Assembly: GCA_044507065.1 (NCBI GenBank) | Contig: JBIQJY010000015.1 | Coordinates: forward strand, 14,727 to 62,391 | DNA length: 47,665 nt | Direction of reading: 5' to 3' | From: Acidobacteriota bacterium | Lineage (GTDB): Bacteria; Acidobacteriota; Vicinamibacteria; Vicinamibacterales; SCN-69-37 | Made by a program: the position numbers and the translations under genes | Notes under the pieces: generated by a model | What the model was told of the DNA's origin: nothing | The model's database searches: none | What the model saw: the letters and a program-made list of their open reading frames with translations, nothing else | Part shown: positions 28,139-37,159 of the stretch, one piece after another | Numbering within the stretch: the stretch's first letter is position 1 | How the letters are laid out: each line of letters opens with the position of its first letter

Positions 28139-28154
28139 CGCGATTGCCGCGCCA
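28139..28154 (-). promoter_or_regulatory. sigma54 promoter candidate
   Basis: TGGCGCGGCAATCGCG (GG-N10-GC) upstream of the PilZ-like gene; same TGGCGCGG half-site as at 27633-27640. Confidence 0.35.
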
Positions 28155-28199
28155 CGGCGGGAGGGCTATCGTGGTTCTTTGCACGGACGGTGCGTTTTC

Positions 28200-28553
28200 A
28201 TGTCGGACAGGCCATTTCACAATCCGTTCGCGGCTCTCGGTCACCTGCGTGGCGACGCCCCCCTGCCCGAGGCGGCGCCCACATCTCCCCCGGAAGCGCC
28301 GCGCACGGCCGCTCCCGGTCGAGCCGTCGTCCGCATCGAACGTGCCGGTCGCGGCGGCAGGGAAGTGACCGTCGTCGAGCACCTGGCGCTGCCGGGTGCC
28401 GAGTTGGCCGCGTGGGTGAAGGCGCTGCGTGCGACCCTCGGCTGCGGCGGCGCGGTCGAAGGCGATGCCATCGTGCTTCAGGGCGATCATCGCAAGCGCC
28501 TGCCGGCCCTCCTGACTGCACGCGGCGTGAAGCGCGTCACGATGGGAAGTTGA
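28200..28553 (+). CDS. SUI1/eIF1 family translation factor (YciH-like)
   Basis: HNPFAAL, ERAGRGGREVT, LGCGGAVEG and LQGDHR. Confidence 0.88.
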   Translation: MSDRPFHNPFAALGHLRGDAPLPEAAPTSPPEAPRTAAPGRAVVRIERAGRGGREVTVVEHLALPGAELAAWVKALRATLGCGGAVEGDAIVLQGDHRKRLPALLTARGVKRVTMGS

Positions 28554-28569
28554 AGGAGAAGGACAGCAA

Positions 28570-29367
28570 GTGCGGCAACACACGATTACACGGGTTCGCC
28601 ACCCGTTGCGGTTCCGGCGGCTGACGGTTCGCCGCGTCGAATCGGTCACGCCCGCGATGCGGCGTATCGTGCTTGGCGGCGACGATCTCGGCGGGTTCGT
28701 GACCGCCGGCTTCGACGATCACGTGAAAGTGTTCGTACCCGATGGCTCCGGGCGGCTTCCCGAACCGATCGTCGGCGAGAACGGCCTGCGGTTTCCCGAG
28801 GATGCGCCGGCACCGCCGGGGCGCGACTACACCCCGCGCTTCTACGACGCGGCGCGCCGGGAGCTGACGATTGACTTCGGACTCCACGGACAGGGACCGG
28901 CAACGGCCTGGGCGACGACGGCCGCGCCCGGCTCGATTCTCGGTGTCGCCGGGCCGCGCGGGTCGGCAGTCATCTCCGACACGTTCGACTGGCACCTGTT
29001 CGTTGGCGACGACACCGCGCTGCCGGCCATCGCGCGACGGCTCGAGCAGCTTCCGGCCGGCGTCATCGCCATCGTCATCGCCGAAGTCGACGGTCGGTCG
29101 GGGGAGCTGCCGCTGCCCTCGGCCGCCGACGCACGCGTGCAGTGGCTGCATCGACGCGGGGCGTCGCCCGACGCTATCGCAGACGCGGTACGGCAACTGC
29201 AACTGCCGGCCGGCGACGGGTTCGCGTGGGTGGCCGGCGAAGCGTCGATGGCGCGCGTCGTGCGCCGGCACCTGATCGATGACAGGCGGCTGGACGCCGC
29301 GTGGGTGAAGGCCGCGGCGTACTGGCGTGCTGGCGCGACGGGCCGGCACGAGGTGATTACCGATTGA
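28570..29367 (+). CDS. Siderophore-interacting protein (ViuB/YqjH family ferric reductase)
   Basis: DDHVKV, RDYTPR, IDFGLHG.GPA, GPRGS, GDDTALPAI, WVAGE and AYWR; SD AAGGAG. Confidence 0.93.
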   Translation: MRQHTITRVRHPLRFRRLTVRRVESVTPAMRRIVLGGDDLGGFVTAGFDDHVKVFVPDGSGRLPEPIVGENGLRFPEDAPAPPGRDYTPRFYDAARRELTIDFGLHGQGPATAWATTAAPGSILGVAGPRGSAVISDTFDWHLFVGDDTALPAIARRLEQLPAGVIAIVIAEVDGRSGELPLPSAADARVQWLHRRGASPDAIADAVRQLQLPAGDGFAWVAGEASMARVVRRHLIDDRRLDAAWVKAAAYWRAGATGRHEVITD

Positions 29368-29429
29368 CGTGAGCGCGTCGTACTTCGATCCCTGCCGATG
29401 CGCGGTGCTATTCTGACCGCGGATTTCCC

Positions 29430-30377
29430 ATGACGATTCCGGCTCTCGAACCGGGGCGTGCCATCGAAGGCATCTCCGCCGTCCTTTTACCCTGCCTGGA
29501 GGATGGGCGCCCCGATTGGGTATCGTTCCGCGCCCTGCTCGACCGCACGTGGTCATCCGGCCTCACGCCCGCCGTCAACATGGACACCGGGTACGTGAAC
29601 CTCATCTCGCCCGCCGATCGAGCGAGGGCCCTGGCCGACACCGTTGAAGTGGCAGGGGGCCGCCGGTTCGTCGCCGGCGCGTTCATCGAGGGCGAGGCCG
29701 GCGATCCGGCCGTGCTCTACCTGCGCGAAGTGGAGAAGATTCGTGCCGCAGGGGGCACGCCGATCCTCTTCCAGTGCACGGCCCTGGCCGCGCTCGACGA
29801 GGATGCCGTTGCCGGCGTCTACGCGCGCGTCGCGGCCGAGGGCGGCCCGATGATCGCGTTCGAGCTGGGGACGATGTTCGCGCCATTCGGCCGCATCTAC
29901 TCCGACGATCTGTTCAGTCGCCTGCTCGACCTGGAACCGTTCATCGGCGCGAAGCATTCGTCGCTCGATCGGACGATCGAGTGGCGGCGCCTCGAACTGC
30001 GCGATCGGCATCGCCCGGACTTCAAGGTGTACACGGGCAACGACCTGGCCATCGACATGGTCTTCTACGGCAGCGACTACCTGCTGGGGCTCTCGGCCTT
30101 TCACCCCGAGGCGTTCGCCCTGCGCGACAGGCTGTGGCGGGCCGGCGATCCGCGGGCGTTCATGATCAACGATCTCCTGCAGTATCTCGGACAGCTGGCG
30201 TTCCGCGCGCCGGTGCCGGCCTACAAGCACTCGGCCGCGCAGTTCCTGAAGCTGCGGGGCGCGATTGCCACCGACACTCCGCATCCGCGCGGTGCGACGC
30301 GACCGGCGAGCGACGTGTCGCTCCTGCGCGACATTGCCGAGCGGATCGACGTGGCGCTGGCCGAGACGGCGTCGTGA
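29430..30377 (+). CDS. Dihydrodipicolinate synthase/NAL-like class I aldolase family protein (atypical)
   Basis: [27 protein letters not shown] (Schiff-base Lys) and YTGND..DYLLGLS. Confidence 0.75.
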   Translation: MTIPALEPGRAIEGISAVLLPCLEDGRPDWVSFRALLDRTWSSGLTPAVNMDTGYVNLISPADRARALADTVEVAGGRRFVAGAFIEGEAGDPAVLYLREVEKIRAAGGTPILFQCTALAALDEDAVAGVYARVAAEGGPMIAFELGTMFAPFGRIYSDDLFSRLLDLEPFIGAKHSSLDRTIEWRRLELRDRHRPDFKVYTGNDLAIDMVFYGSDYLLGLSAFHPEAFALRDRLWRAGDPRAFMINDLLQYLGQLAFRAPVPAYKHSAAQFLKLRGAIATDTPHPRGATRPASDVSLLRDIAERIDVALAETAS

Positions 30378-31831
30378 GCCGCGCGGCATTTCCCCGCGTC
30401 GCCACGCTCAAGACGGCCGCCGCGCTGCGGGCGCACCTGGCGGCTGGTGGCATCGACCTGGGGTTCGACGACACGCGTGCGCCGGCCGGGCAATCGCCGC
30501 TTGGCCGTGCCATCGAGGTCGGCGACGTGCGCATCGGCAATCGGTTCTGCATCCTCCCGATGGAAGGCTGGGACGGAACGCGCGACGGACGACCGAGCGC
30601 AGAGACGCGCCGCCGATGGCGTCGATTCGGCGAGAGCGGCGCCAAGCTGATCTGGGGTGGCGAGGCCGTTGCGGTGCGCCATGACGGACGCGCGAGCCCC
30701 AACCAGCTGTGGATCAACGAGGCCACCGCCGCGGACATCGCGTCGCTGCGGGAAGAACTCGTCGCCGCGCACCGGGATCGCTTTGGTGCAAACGCGGATG
30801 GCGATCTCCACGTCGGCCTGCAGTTGACGCATTCGGGTCGCTTCGCGAAGCCCAACGCGTCGGACCGTCCCGAGCCGCTGACGGCGGGTATCCATCCCAT
30901 CCTCAATCGGCGAGTGCAGGGCGACGTGCCGGTGCTGAGCGATGACGACCTCGATCGCCTTGTCGACGAGTTCATCGTTGCTGCGGGGCGTGCGGCCGCG
31001 TGCGGGTTTGATTTCGTCGACGTCAAGCTGTGCCACGGCTACCTCGGGCACGAGCTGATTGGCGCGCGTCAGCGCACCGGCAAGTACGGCGGGTCGCTCG
31101 AGAACCGGCTGCGCTTTCCCCGCGCGATCATCGAGGGCATCCAGGCGTCGGTGCCGGATATCGGCATTGGCGTGCGACTGTCGGCCTTCGACATCGCCCC
31201 GTACCGGAAAGGGGCTGATGGTATCGGCGAGCCGGACGGCAAGGCGCCTTCCAATCCGCCCATTGGTTTCGGCGTGCTCGACGACGAGAATCTCGACGCG
31301 GCGCTCGACGAGAGCCGTGCGTTGCTGCGAATGCTCGAGGCACTCGGTGTGCGGCTGGTGTGCGTCACCGCCGGAAGCCCGTACTACTGCCCGCACGCTC
31401 AACGGCCGGCATTCTTTCCGCCAGCCGACGGCTACCTGCCGCCTGAGGATCCGCTGCGCGGTGTTGCGCGACAGGTGGCGGCCACGGCCATGCTCAAGGC
31501 GGCGTTTCCCGCCCTCACGTTCGTCGGGTCGGCCTACAGTTATCTGCAGGAGTGGCTGCCGAACGTCGGTGAGTACAACGTGCGCCGCGGCCTGACCGAC
31601 TTTGTCGGACTGGGACGCATGGTGCTGTCCTATCCCGAGATGCCCGCCGACATTCTTGCGGGCCGGCCACTTCGCCGCGCCGCGATCTGCCGCACGTTCA
31701 GCGACTGCACCACGGGCCCGCGGCTGGGTTTCATCTCGGGCTGCTATCCGCTCGACGGGCACTACAAGGCGATGCCCGAGGCAGCGAAAGTGCTGGCCGT
31801 CCGTACGGCCAACACGGCGGGGGAGCGATGA
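30374..31831 (+). CDS. NADH:flavin oxidoreductase (Old Yellow Enzyme-like)
   Basis: [41 protein letters not shown] and DFVGLGR; GTGA-coupled start at 30374. Confidence 0.9.
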   Translation: MSRAAFPRVATLKTAAALRAHLAAGGIDLGFDDTRAPAGQSPLGRAIEVGDVRIGNRFCILPMEGWDGTRDGRPSAETRRRWRRFGESGAKLIWGGEAVAVRHDGRASPNQLWINEATAADIASLREELVAAHRDRFGANADGDLHVGLQLTHSGRFAKPNASDRPEPLTAGIHPILNRRVQGDVPVLSDDDLDRLVDEFIVAAGRAAACGFDFVDVKLCHGYLGHELIGARQRTGKYGGSLENRLRFPRAIIEGIQASVPDIGIGVRLSAFDIAPYRKGADGIGEPDGKAPSNPPIGFGVLDDENLDAALDESRALLRMLEALGVRLVCVTAGSPYYCPHAQRPAFFPPADGYLPPEDPLRGVARQVAATAMLKAAFPALTFVGSAYSYLQEWLPNVGEYNVRRGLTDFVGLGRMVLSYPEMPADILAGRPLRRAAICRTFSDCTTGPRLGFISGCYPLDGHYKAMPEAAKVLAVRTANTAGER

Positions 31832-32652
31832 CGCGAACAGCAAGAGGAGGCCGTTGGCGGACAGTGGCGGCGGCGGGGCTGGCGGCCGCGGCGATCACGG
31901 CGGCGGTGCCGGCCAGTGGAGTGTCACAGGCACCGGCGCGCAGACAGCTGCTGGCCCTGGGTGATACGCATACGGGTTTCACGCACGAGTCGATCAGTCA
32001 CGCGCTTGCCGTCGTCGAGTTGATGGGTCGCGAGAGCGGGCTCTGGGACACGCATATCCGGACCGACTCGCAGTGGATCACCAAGCAGCCGGTGCCCGCG
32101 CCGGCGCGCAACGCGCGAACGCTCGACGACTTCGATGCGGTGTTCCTGTTCGTGTCGGGCGAAGGCAACCTGAGCGATCAGCAGAAACGCGATTTCGTGT
32201 CGTTCGTGCACGATGACGGCAAGGGCGTCGTGGCGGCGCACTCCGGCAACGCGGCGTTCTACGAATGGCCCGAGTACGGCGAGATGATTGGCGGCTACTT
32301 CGACAACCATCCCTGGAATGTGGTCGAGGCGCGCGTGCGCGTCGAGGCGCCGGACTTTCCCGCGATGCGGCATTTTCCGCCGACGTTCACGCGCACCGAG
32401 GAGTACTACGTCCTGCGGCCATCCCCCTATTCGCGCGACTCGGTGCGCGTGCTGGCGTCGATTGACCCCGCGTCAGTGGACCTGAAGAATCCCAACCTGC
32501 GCCGGACCGACAACGACTTTCCCGTGGCGCTCTCGAAGACCTACGGCAAGGGTCGGACGTTCTGGTCGACCTTCGGTCACACCGCCGAAACGTGGGACGA
32601 TCCGGCAATCCGGACGATGTACTTCGAAGCCATCAAGTGGGCAATGGAGTGA
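31828..32652 (+). CDS. ThuA-like (class I glutamine amidotransferase fold) exported protein
   Basis: Signal peptide, [31 protein letters not shown] and [13 protein letters not shown]. Confidence 0.88.
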   Translation: MTRTARGGRWRTVAAAGLAAAAITAAVPASGVSQAPARRQLLALGDTHTGFTHESISHALAVVELMGRESGLWDTHIRTDSQWITKQPVPAPARNARTLDDFDAVFLFVSGEGNLSDQQKRDFVSFVHDDGKGVVAAHSGNAAFYEWPEYGEMIGGYFDNHPWNVVEARVRVEAPDFPAMRHFPPTFTRTEEYYVLRPSPYSRDSVRVLASIDPASVDLKNPNLRRTDNDFPVALSKTYGKGRTFWSTFGHTAETWDDPAIRTMYFEAIKWAME

Positions 32653-32658
32653 GGGGGC

Positions 32659-32757
32659 AAGGCTACGAGGCTACGAGGCTACGAGGCGACAAGGGCCGCC
32701 TTGTAGCCCCGCAGCCTTGTAGCCCCGCAGCCTTGTAGCCTTGTAGCCTCGTAGCCT
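32659..32757. repeat. Inverted arrays of tandem octamer repeats between convergent genes
   Basis: (GGCTACGA)x3 + GGCGACAA at 32661-32692, central GGGCCGCC, then seven reverse-orientation units (TTGTAGCC/CCGCAGCC/TCGTAGCC) at 32701-32756. Confidence 0.9.
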
Positions 32758-32766
32758 ATTTATCGT

Positions 32767-33261
32767 CTATCCCCAAATGTCAGCGTGTGCTGCGGCGCGC
32801 GCGCGATTGAGCTCGAGCGTGGTGTCGACGTCGGGCTTCGACATCCGCACGGCTTCCGCTGGCGACACGCCCTGATCGAGCACGCGGTGCTTGAGCAGCA
32901 CGAAGGGGACGCCCGTGTTACGGGCCAGGTGCGCGACAATCGCGAACTGTTCGCTGCTCTCGAACCCCTCCGCCGCCGCCTCGACGCGCGTGCCCGGCGC
33001 CAGCACCGGCTTCAGTCGGGCCTGGAGGTCAGGTGACGAAGGCGGCACGGCGTCGATGCGCGACAAGGTGGCGGACTCAGCCGCCGGTGCACGCCTCACG
33101 CGAGCTGGTTCGCGTTCGGTCTCGGACGACGCGGCGACCGTCGTGTCCGCAGATGCGATGGCGCCATCCGCTTGATCGGTGACATAGGGCGCCATCCAGA
33201 CGCCAAGTGCCACTGCGCCGACGAATCCGAGGCCAAGGATCGAAGCTTTTCCGAACGTCAT
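32767..33261 (-). CDS. Hypothetical membrane-anchored protein
   Basis: Perfect SD AAGGAGGT, N-terminal TM, low-complexity linker and helical C-domain (GFESSEQF..AH..N.GVPF..LK). Confidence 0.75.
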   Translation of the reverse strand: MTFGKASILGLGFVGAVALGVWMAPYVTDQADGAIASADTTVAASSETEREPARVRRAPAAESATLSRIDAVPPSSPDLQARLKPVLAPGTRVEAAAEGFESSEQFAIVAHLARNTGVPFVLLKHRVLDQGVSPAEAVRMSKPDVDTTLELNRARAAAHADIWG

Positions 33262-33419
33262 GAGGCACCTCCTTCGGTGTCAGTCCCTGATAGTGCAAGA
33301 GTCGTGACAACCAGCGGATCGCGCGTTTTCTGGCCAGAAATCGACGAATCCCGATCGATTCAACGTGCTGGATCGGTCCGTGGGTAACTGCGGCGCCATA
33401 CCGGGCAGAAAGTGCAGGC

Positions 33420-33448
33420 TTGACGCCGAGGCCGGCGCTCAATATCGT
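33420..33448 (+). promoter_or_regulatory. sigma70-type promoter of the large TonB-dependent receptor
   Basis: TTGACG-N17-TATCGT; implies a 5' leader of about 195 nt. Confidence 0.6.
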
Positions 33449-33649
33449 TCAGGCTGGTCGGGGCCACTCCCTCAACCCGGCCAACCTATCAAGATCAAGT
33501 CCGTGGCCGGCTCTTCATGGAGTCGTTACGACGCCCCGCTGCGATCGGCAAGTGTGCGGCTTGCCGGCTCGATCATGCACGTGCACCCGTCTTCTTACTT
33601 TTTTCTGGCTGTCTCACTGTCGTTCCGGTCCGTCCTGGAGGTTGGTTTT

Positions 33650-36600
33650 ATGTCACGCATCGTCTTACGAGTGCCGATCCTCGCGCTGCTGGTCTGCGCG
33701 CTGTTCGGGCAGGCCGCGGAGGTGGACGCCCAGGGCGTCACCACGTCGGCCATGGCCGGCGTTGTCAACGATGCCCAGGGGGAACCCGTGCCTGGCGTCA
33801 CGGTCGAAGCCCTGCACGTGCCGTCGGGGTCCGTCTACACGGCGGTGACGCGCGGCGACGGGCGGTACACGATTCCCGGCATGCGCGTCGGGGGCCCGTA
33901 CACCGTGACCGCCACGCTCAGCGGCTTCCAGCCGCACGTGCAGACCGACATCGCCCTCAGCCTCGGAGTTTCGGCCGACATCAACTTCGTGCTCAACGTG
34001 GCCGCCTTGCAGGAAACGGTGACGGTCACGGCGACCACCGATCCGGTGTTCAGTTCCACGCGCACGGGCGCGGCCACGGCGGTGGCGCGCGAGGAAATCG
34101 CCACGCTGCCGACCGTATCCGGCCGCATTTCCGACATCACGCGCCTGACGCCGCAGGCGAGCGGCACCTCGTTTGCCGGACAGGACAACCGCCTCAACAA
34201 CATCACCGTCGACGGGTCGTTCTTCAACAACTCGTTCGGGCTCGGTGCGCAGCCGGGCGATCGCACGGGCGTTGCGCCGATCTCACTCGAGTCGCTCGAG
34301 CAGGTGCAGGTGAGCGTGGCGCCGTATGACGTGCGCCAGGGCAGCTTTGTCGGCGCGGCCATCAACAGCGTCACGCGCAGCGGCACGAACCAGTTCCACG
34401 CGGCGGTCTACCATCGGCTGCGCGACGACAGCTTCGTCGGCACCAAGGCGGCCGGTGCCGACGTTAACCCGGGTACCTTCACGTTCCGCGACACCGGGAT
34501 TTCGGCGAGCGGCCCCGTCCTGCGCAACCGCCTGTTCGTCTTCGGCAACTACGAGAACGAGTTGTCGGAAAGCCCCGTCAACACGCTGGTGGCCAACCGC
34601 GGGGAGCCGGTCGGCGGCAATGTCACGCGCGTGCTGGCGTCGGATCTCGACGCGTTGAGCTCGTACCTGCGCACCAACTTCGGGTACGAGACGGGCGGAT
34701 ACGAGAACCTGTCGGACCGCACGCCGGTCAAGCGGTTCCTCGTGCGCACCGACTACAACCTGACCAACACGAACAAGATCAGCTTTCGCTACAACCAGCT
34801 GGAGTCGAGCTCCGACAGCGCGCCATCGACGTCCTCGTCGGCCGGCGTCGGCCGGTCCTTCAACGTCAACGGCGGGATGTTCTTCGAGAACTCGATGTAC
34901 TCGCTGCTCGAGAACATCAAGTCGGGGATTGGTGAGTGGACATCGGTCATCGGCAGCACGATGTCGAACAACCTGATCATCGGCTACACGTCGAACGACG
35001 AGAGCCGCGGCGACATCGGCCCGATCTTCCCGTACGTCGACATCCTCAAGGACGGCGTGTCGTACGCGACGTTCGGCGCCGAAGCCTTCACGGTGCAGAA
35101 CCAGCTGCGCTACCGGACGTTCCAGATCCAGAACAACTTCACCCGGTTCAGCAACCGGCACACGATGACGCTGGGTTTCTCCGCGCAGCGTTACGCCGCC
35201 GAGAACGTGTTCTGGAGCTGCTGCCCGCAGAGCAATTACACCTACAGCTCGATCGACGATTTCTACACCGACATGAACGACTACCTGGCGAACCCCGGCC
35301 GCACGGTGTCGCCCGTGTCGCTGCGCCGGTTCAAGGTGCGGTACTCGAACGTGCCCGGGCTCGATCAGCCGCTCCAGGAACTGCGCGTCTGGTACAACGG
35401 CGTCTACGCCCAGGACGAGTGGCGGCCCCGCGCCAACCTGACGGTGACGGCCGGCGTCCGGGCCGACGTGTCGATCTTCGAGAACACGGCCTATCGCAAT
35501 GACAAGGCCAACGCCCTGACGTTCCGCGCGCCCGACGGGAGTCCCGTGCAGTTCGACACGGGCGCCATGCCCGCGACGAAGGTATTGTGGTCGCCGCGCG
35601 TCGCCGCCAACTACGACCTGGGCGGCCGGCAGCAGACGCAGCTCCGCGTCGGCACCGGCCTGTTCACCGGGCCGCCGCTCTACGTGTGGATCTCCAACCA
35701 GCTCGGCAATACCGGTGTGCTCATCGGCGAGATCCAGCAGGACAACACCACTGCGTTCCCGTTCAATCCCAACCCCGATACCTACAAGCCGGCCAACGTC
35801 ACGGGTGAGGGTGCGGCGAGCTTCGAGCTGAATGTCACCGATCCCGATTTCAGGTTCCCGCAGATCTGGCGCACCAACGTTGGCGTCGACCAGCGGCTGC
35901 CGTGGGGCATGACCGGTACGGTCGAGTTCCTCTACAGCAAGGATGTCAACGGGTACGCCTACTACAACGCGAACTTCCCGGCGCCGCAGACGACGCTGTC
36001 GGGCGTCGACACGCGGCCGCGCTACACGTCGAACCGCCTCAACAACACGCCGGGCAGTGTCATCACCAACGCCCTCGTGCTCACCAACCAGAGCGAGGGC
36101 CGTGCCTGGAACATCTCGGCGAGCCTCGCGAAGACCACGGCCGCCGGCCTGTCGGTGCGCGGCGCCTACAGCTACGGCGAAGCCCGCAACACGATCGATC
36201 CGGGGTCAACCGCCTCATCGACGTTCAGCAACAACCAGCACACCGGCGACCCGAACAACCCGGGTGTGGGCCTGAGCGGCGGCACGATGGGCCATCGCGC
36301 CTACCTGCAGGCGTCGTACTCGCGCGAGTACTTCGGGTTCGGTGCGACGACGATCTCGGCATTCTGGGAGGCGCGCCCCGCGCAGCAGAACTTCACCACG
36401 CGTGGGAGCTACACCTACAACGGGGACATCAACGGTGACGGCGGCTCCATCAACGACCTGATCTACGTGCCGCGCGATGCGTCCGAGATGAACTTCGTGG
36501 CCTTCACGACCGGTGGACGGACCTTCACGGTTGCCGAGCAGGAGGCGGCCCTCGAGGCCTACATCCAGCAGGACCCGTACCTGAAGACCCGCCGCGGCCA

Positions 36601-36955
36601 GTACGCCGAGCGCGGCGGACTCTCCATGCCGATCGGGTCGAAGGTCGACCTCAGCGTCATCCAGCAGGTCTTCCGCAACGTCGCCGGTCGCCGCAATGCG
36701 GGCGAGGTCCGCCTCGACATCACGAACTTCGGGAACCTCCTGAACTCCAACTGGGGTGTGGGTGACCGGACGGTCGTCATCGGCACGGGCGCCAACAGCC
36801 TTCCGCTGCTGACCAACGCCAGCGTCGTCGACGGTCGCGCGGTCTACCAGATGGCCGTTGCCAACGGCGAACTGGTCCGGGAGACGTTCCAGAAGAGCGC
36901 GTTCCTGAGCGACACCTACTCGATCCTCCTGAGCTTCCGCTACACGTTCAACTGA
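33650..36955 (+). CDS. Oar-like TonB-dependent receptor with carboxypeptidase regulatory-like domain
   Basis: SD GGAGG, signal peptide ending VDAQ, GMRVGGPY, NNITVDG..NN.FG, PYDVRQG, VTRSGTN, YAQDEW, SPR and terminal FRYTFN. Confidence 0.93.
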   Translation: MSRIVLRVPILALLVCALFGQAAEVDAQGVTTSAMAGVVNDAQGEPVPGVTVEALHVPSGSVYTAVTRGDGRYTIPGMRVGGPYTVTATLSGFQPHVQTDIALSLGVSADINFVLNVAALQETVTVTATTDPVFSSTRTGAATAVAREEIATLPTVSGRISDITRLTPQASGTSFAGQDNRLNNITVDGSFFNNSFGLGAQPGDRTGVAPISLESLEQVQVSVAPYDVRQGSFVGAAINSVTRSGTNQFHAAVYHRLRDDSFVGTKAAGADVNPGTFTFRDTGISASGPVLRNRLFVFGNYENELSESPVNTLVANRGEPVGGNVTRVLASDLDALSSYLRTNFGYETGGYENLSDRTPVKRFLVRTDYNLTNTNKISFRYNQLESSSDSAPSTSSSAGVGRSFNVNGGMFFENSMYSLLENIKSGIGEWTSVIGSTMSNNLIIGYTSNDESRGDIGPIFPYVDILKDGVSYATFGAEAFTVQNQLRYRTFQIQNNFTRFSNRHTMTLGFSAQRYAAENVFWSCCPQSNYTYSSIDDFYTDMNDYLANPGRTVSPVSLRRFKVRYSNVPGLDQPLQELRVWYNGVYAQDEWRPRANLTVTAGVRADVSIFENTAYRNDKANALTFRAPDGSPVQFDTGAMPATKVLWSPRVAANYDLGGRQQTQLRVGTGLFTGPPLYVWISNQLGNTGVLIGEIQQDNTTAFPFNPNPDTYKPANVTGEGAASFELNVTDPDFRFPQIWRTNVGVDQRLPWGMTGTVEFLYSKDVNGYAYYNANFPAPQTTLSGVDTRPRYTSNRLNNTPGSVITNALVLTNQSEGRAWNISASLAKTTAAGLSVRGAYSYGEARNTIDPGSTASSTFSNNQHTGDPNNPGVGLSGGTMGHRAYLQASYSREYFGFGATTISAFWEARPAQQNFTTRGSYTYNGDINGDGGSINDLIYVPRDASEMNFVAFTTGGRTFTVAEQEAALEAYIQQDPYLKTRRGQYAERGGLSMPIGSKVDLSVIQQVFRNVAGRRNAGEVRLDITNFGNLLNSNWGVGDRTVVIGTGANSLPLLTNASVVDGRAVYQMAVANGELVRETFQKSAFLSDTYSILLSFRYTFN

Positions 36956-36967
36956 CCCACTCGCCAC

Positions 36968-36999
36968 CCGTCCGGCAGGTGCGTCCACCTGCCGGACGG
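36968..36999 (+). terminator. Strong stem-loop after the TonB-dependent receptor
   Basis: CCGTCCGGCAGGTG-cgtc-CACCTGCCGGACGG is a perfect 14-bp stem; no adjacent U-tract. Confidence 0.65.
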
Positions 37000-37091
37000 C
37001 GAGGCGCTCCGCTCGCCCCAATCGTCGCGCGCACTGCCCCTATTCCTGCCATTCACCCCTCTCTCGTAGAAGACCGCCACGTCCTTTTCCA

Positions 37092-37146
37092 TTGACGGAC
37101 TCTTTAGGTCCGAGTTACCGTTTCCCGTCTAAACGAGACTCGTCTC
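37092..37146 (+). promoter_or_regulatory. sigma70-type promoter plus palindromic operator candidate
   Basis: TTGACG-N18-TACCGT (37092-37121), followed by overlapping inverted repeats ACGAG-a-CTCGT (37133-37143) and GAGAC-tc-GTCTC (37135-37146). Confidence 0.5.
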
Positions 37147-37159
37147 AGATAGTGACCTC

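Noticed and set aside
29430-30377. dapA (lysine biosynthesis)
   Set aside because: The GTTGE motif is absent and the context is catabolic.
32661-32756. CRISPR array or IS end
   Set aside because: The units are 8 nt with no unique spacers, and there is no cas or transposase gene in the window.
33449-33649. Cobalamin riboswitch ahead of the TonB-dependent receptor (tempting given the CbiX-like neighbour)
   Set aside because: No GGGAA, GCCACTG or B12-box pattern is recognisable (only GCCACTCC). Kept only as an unknown structured leader.
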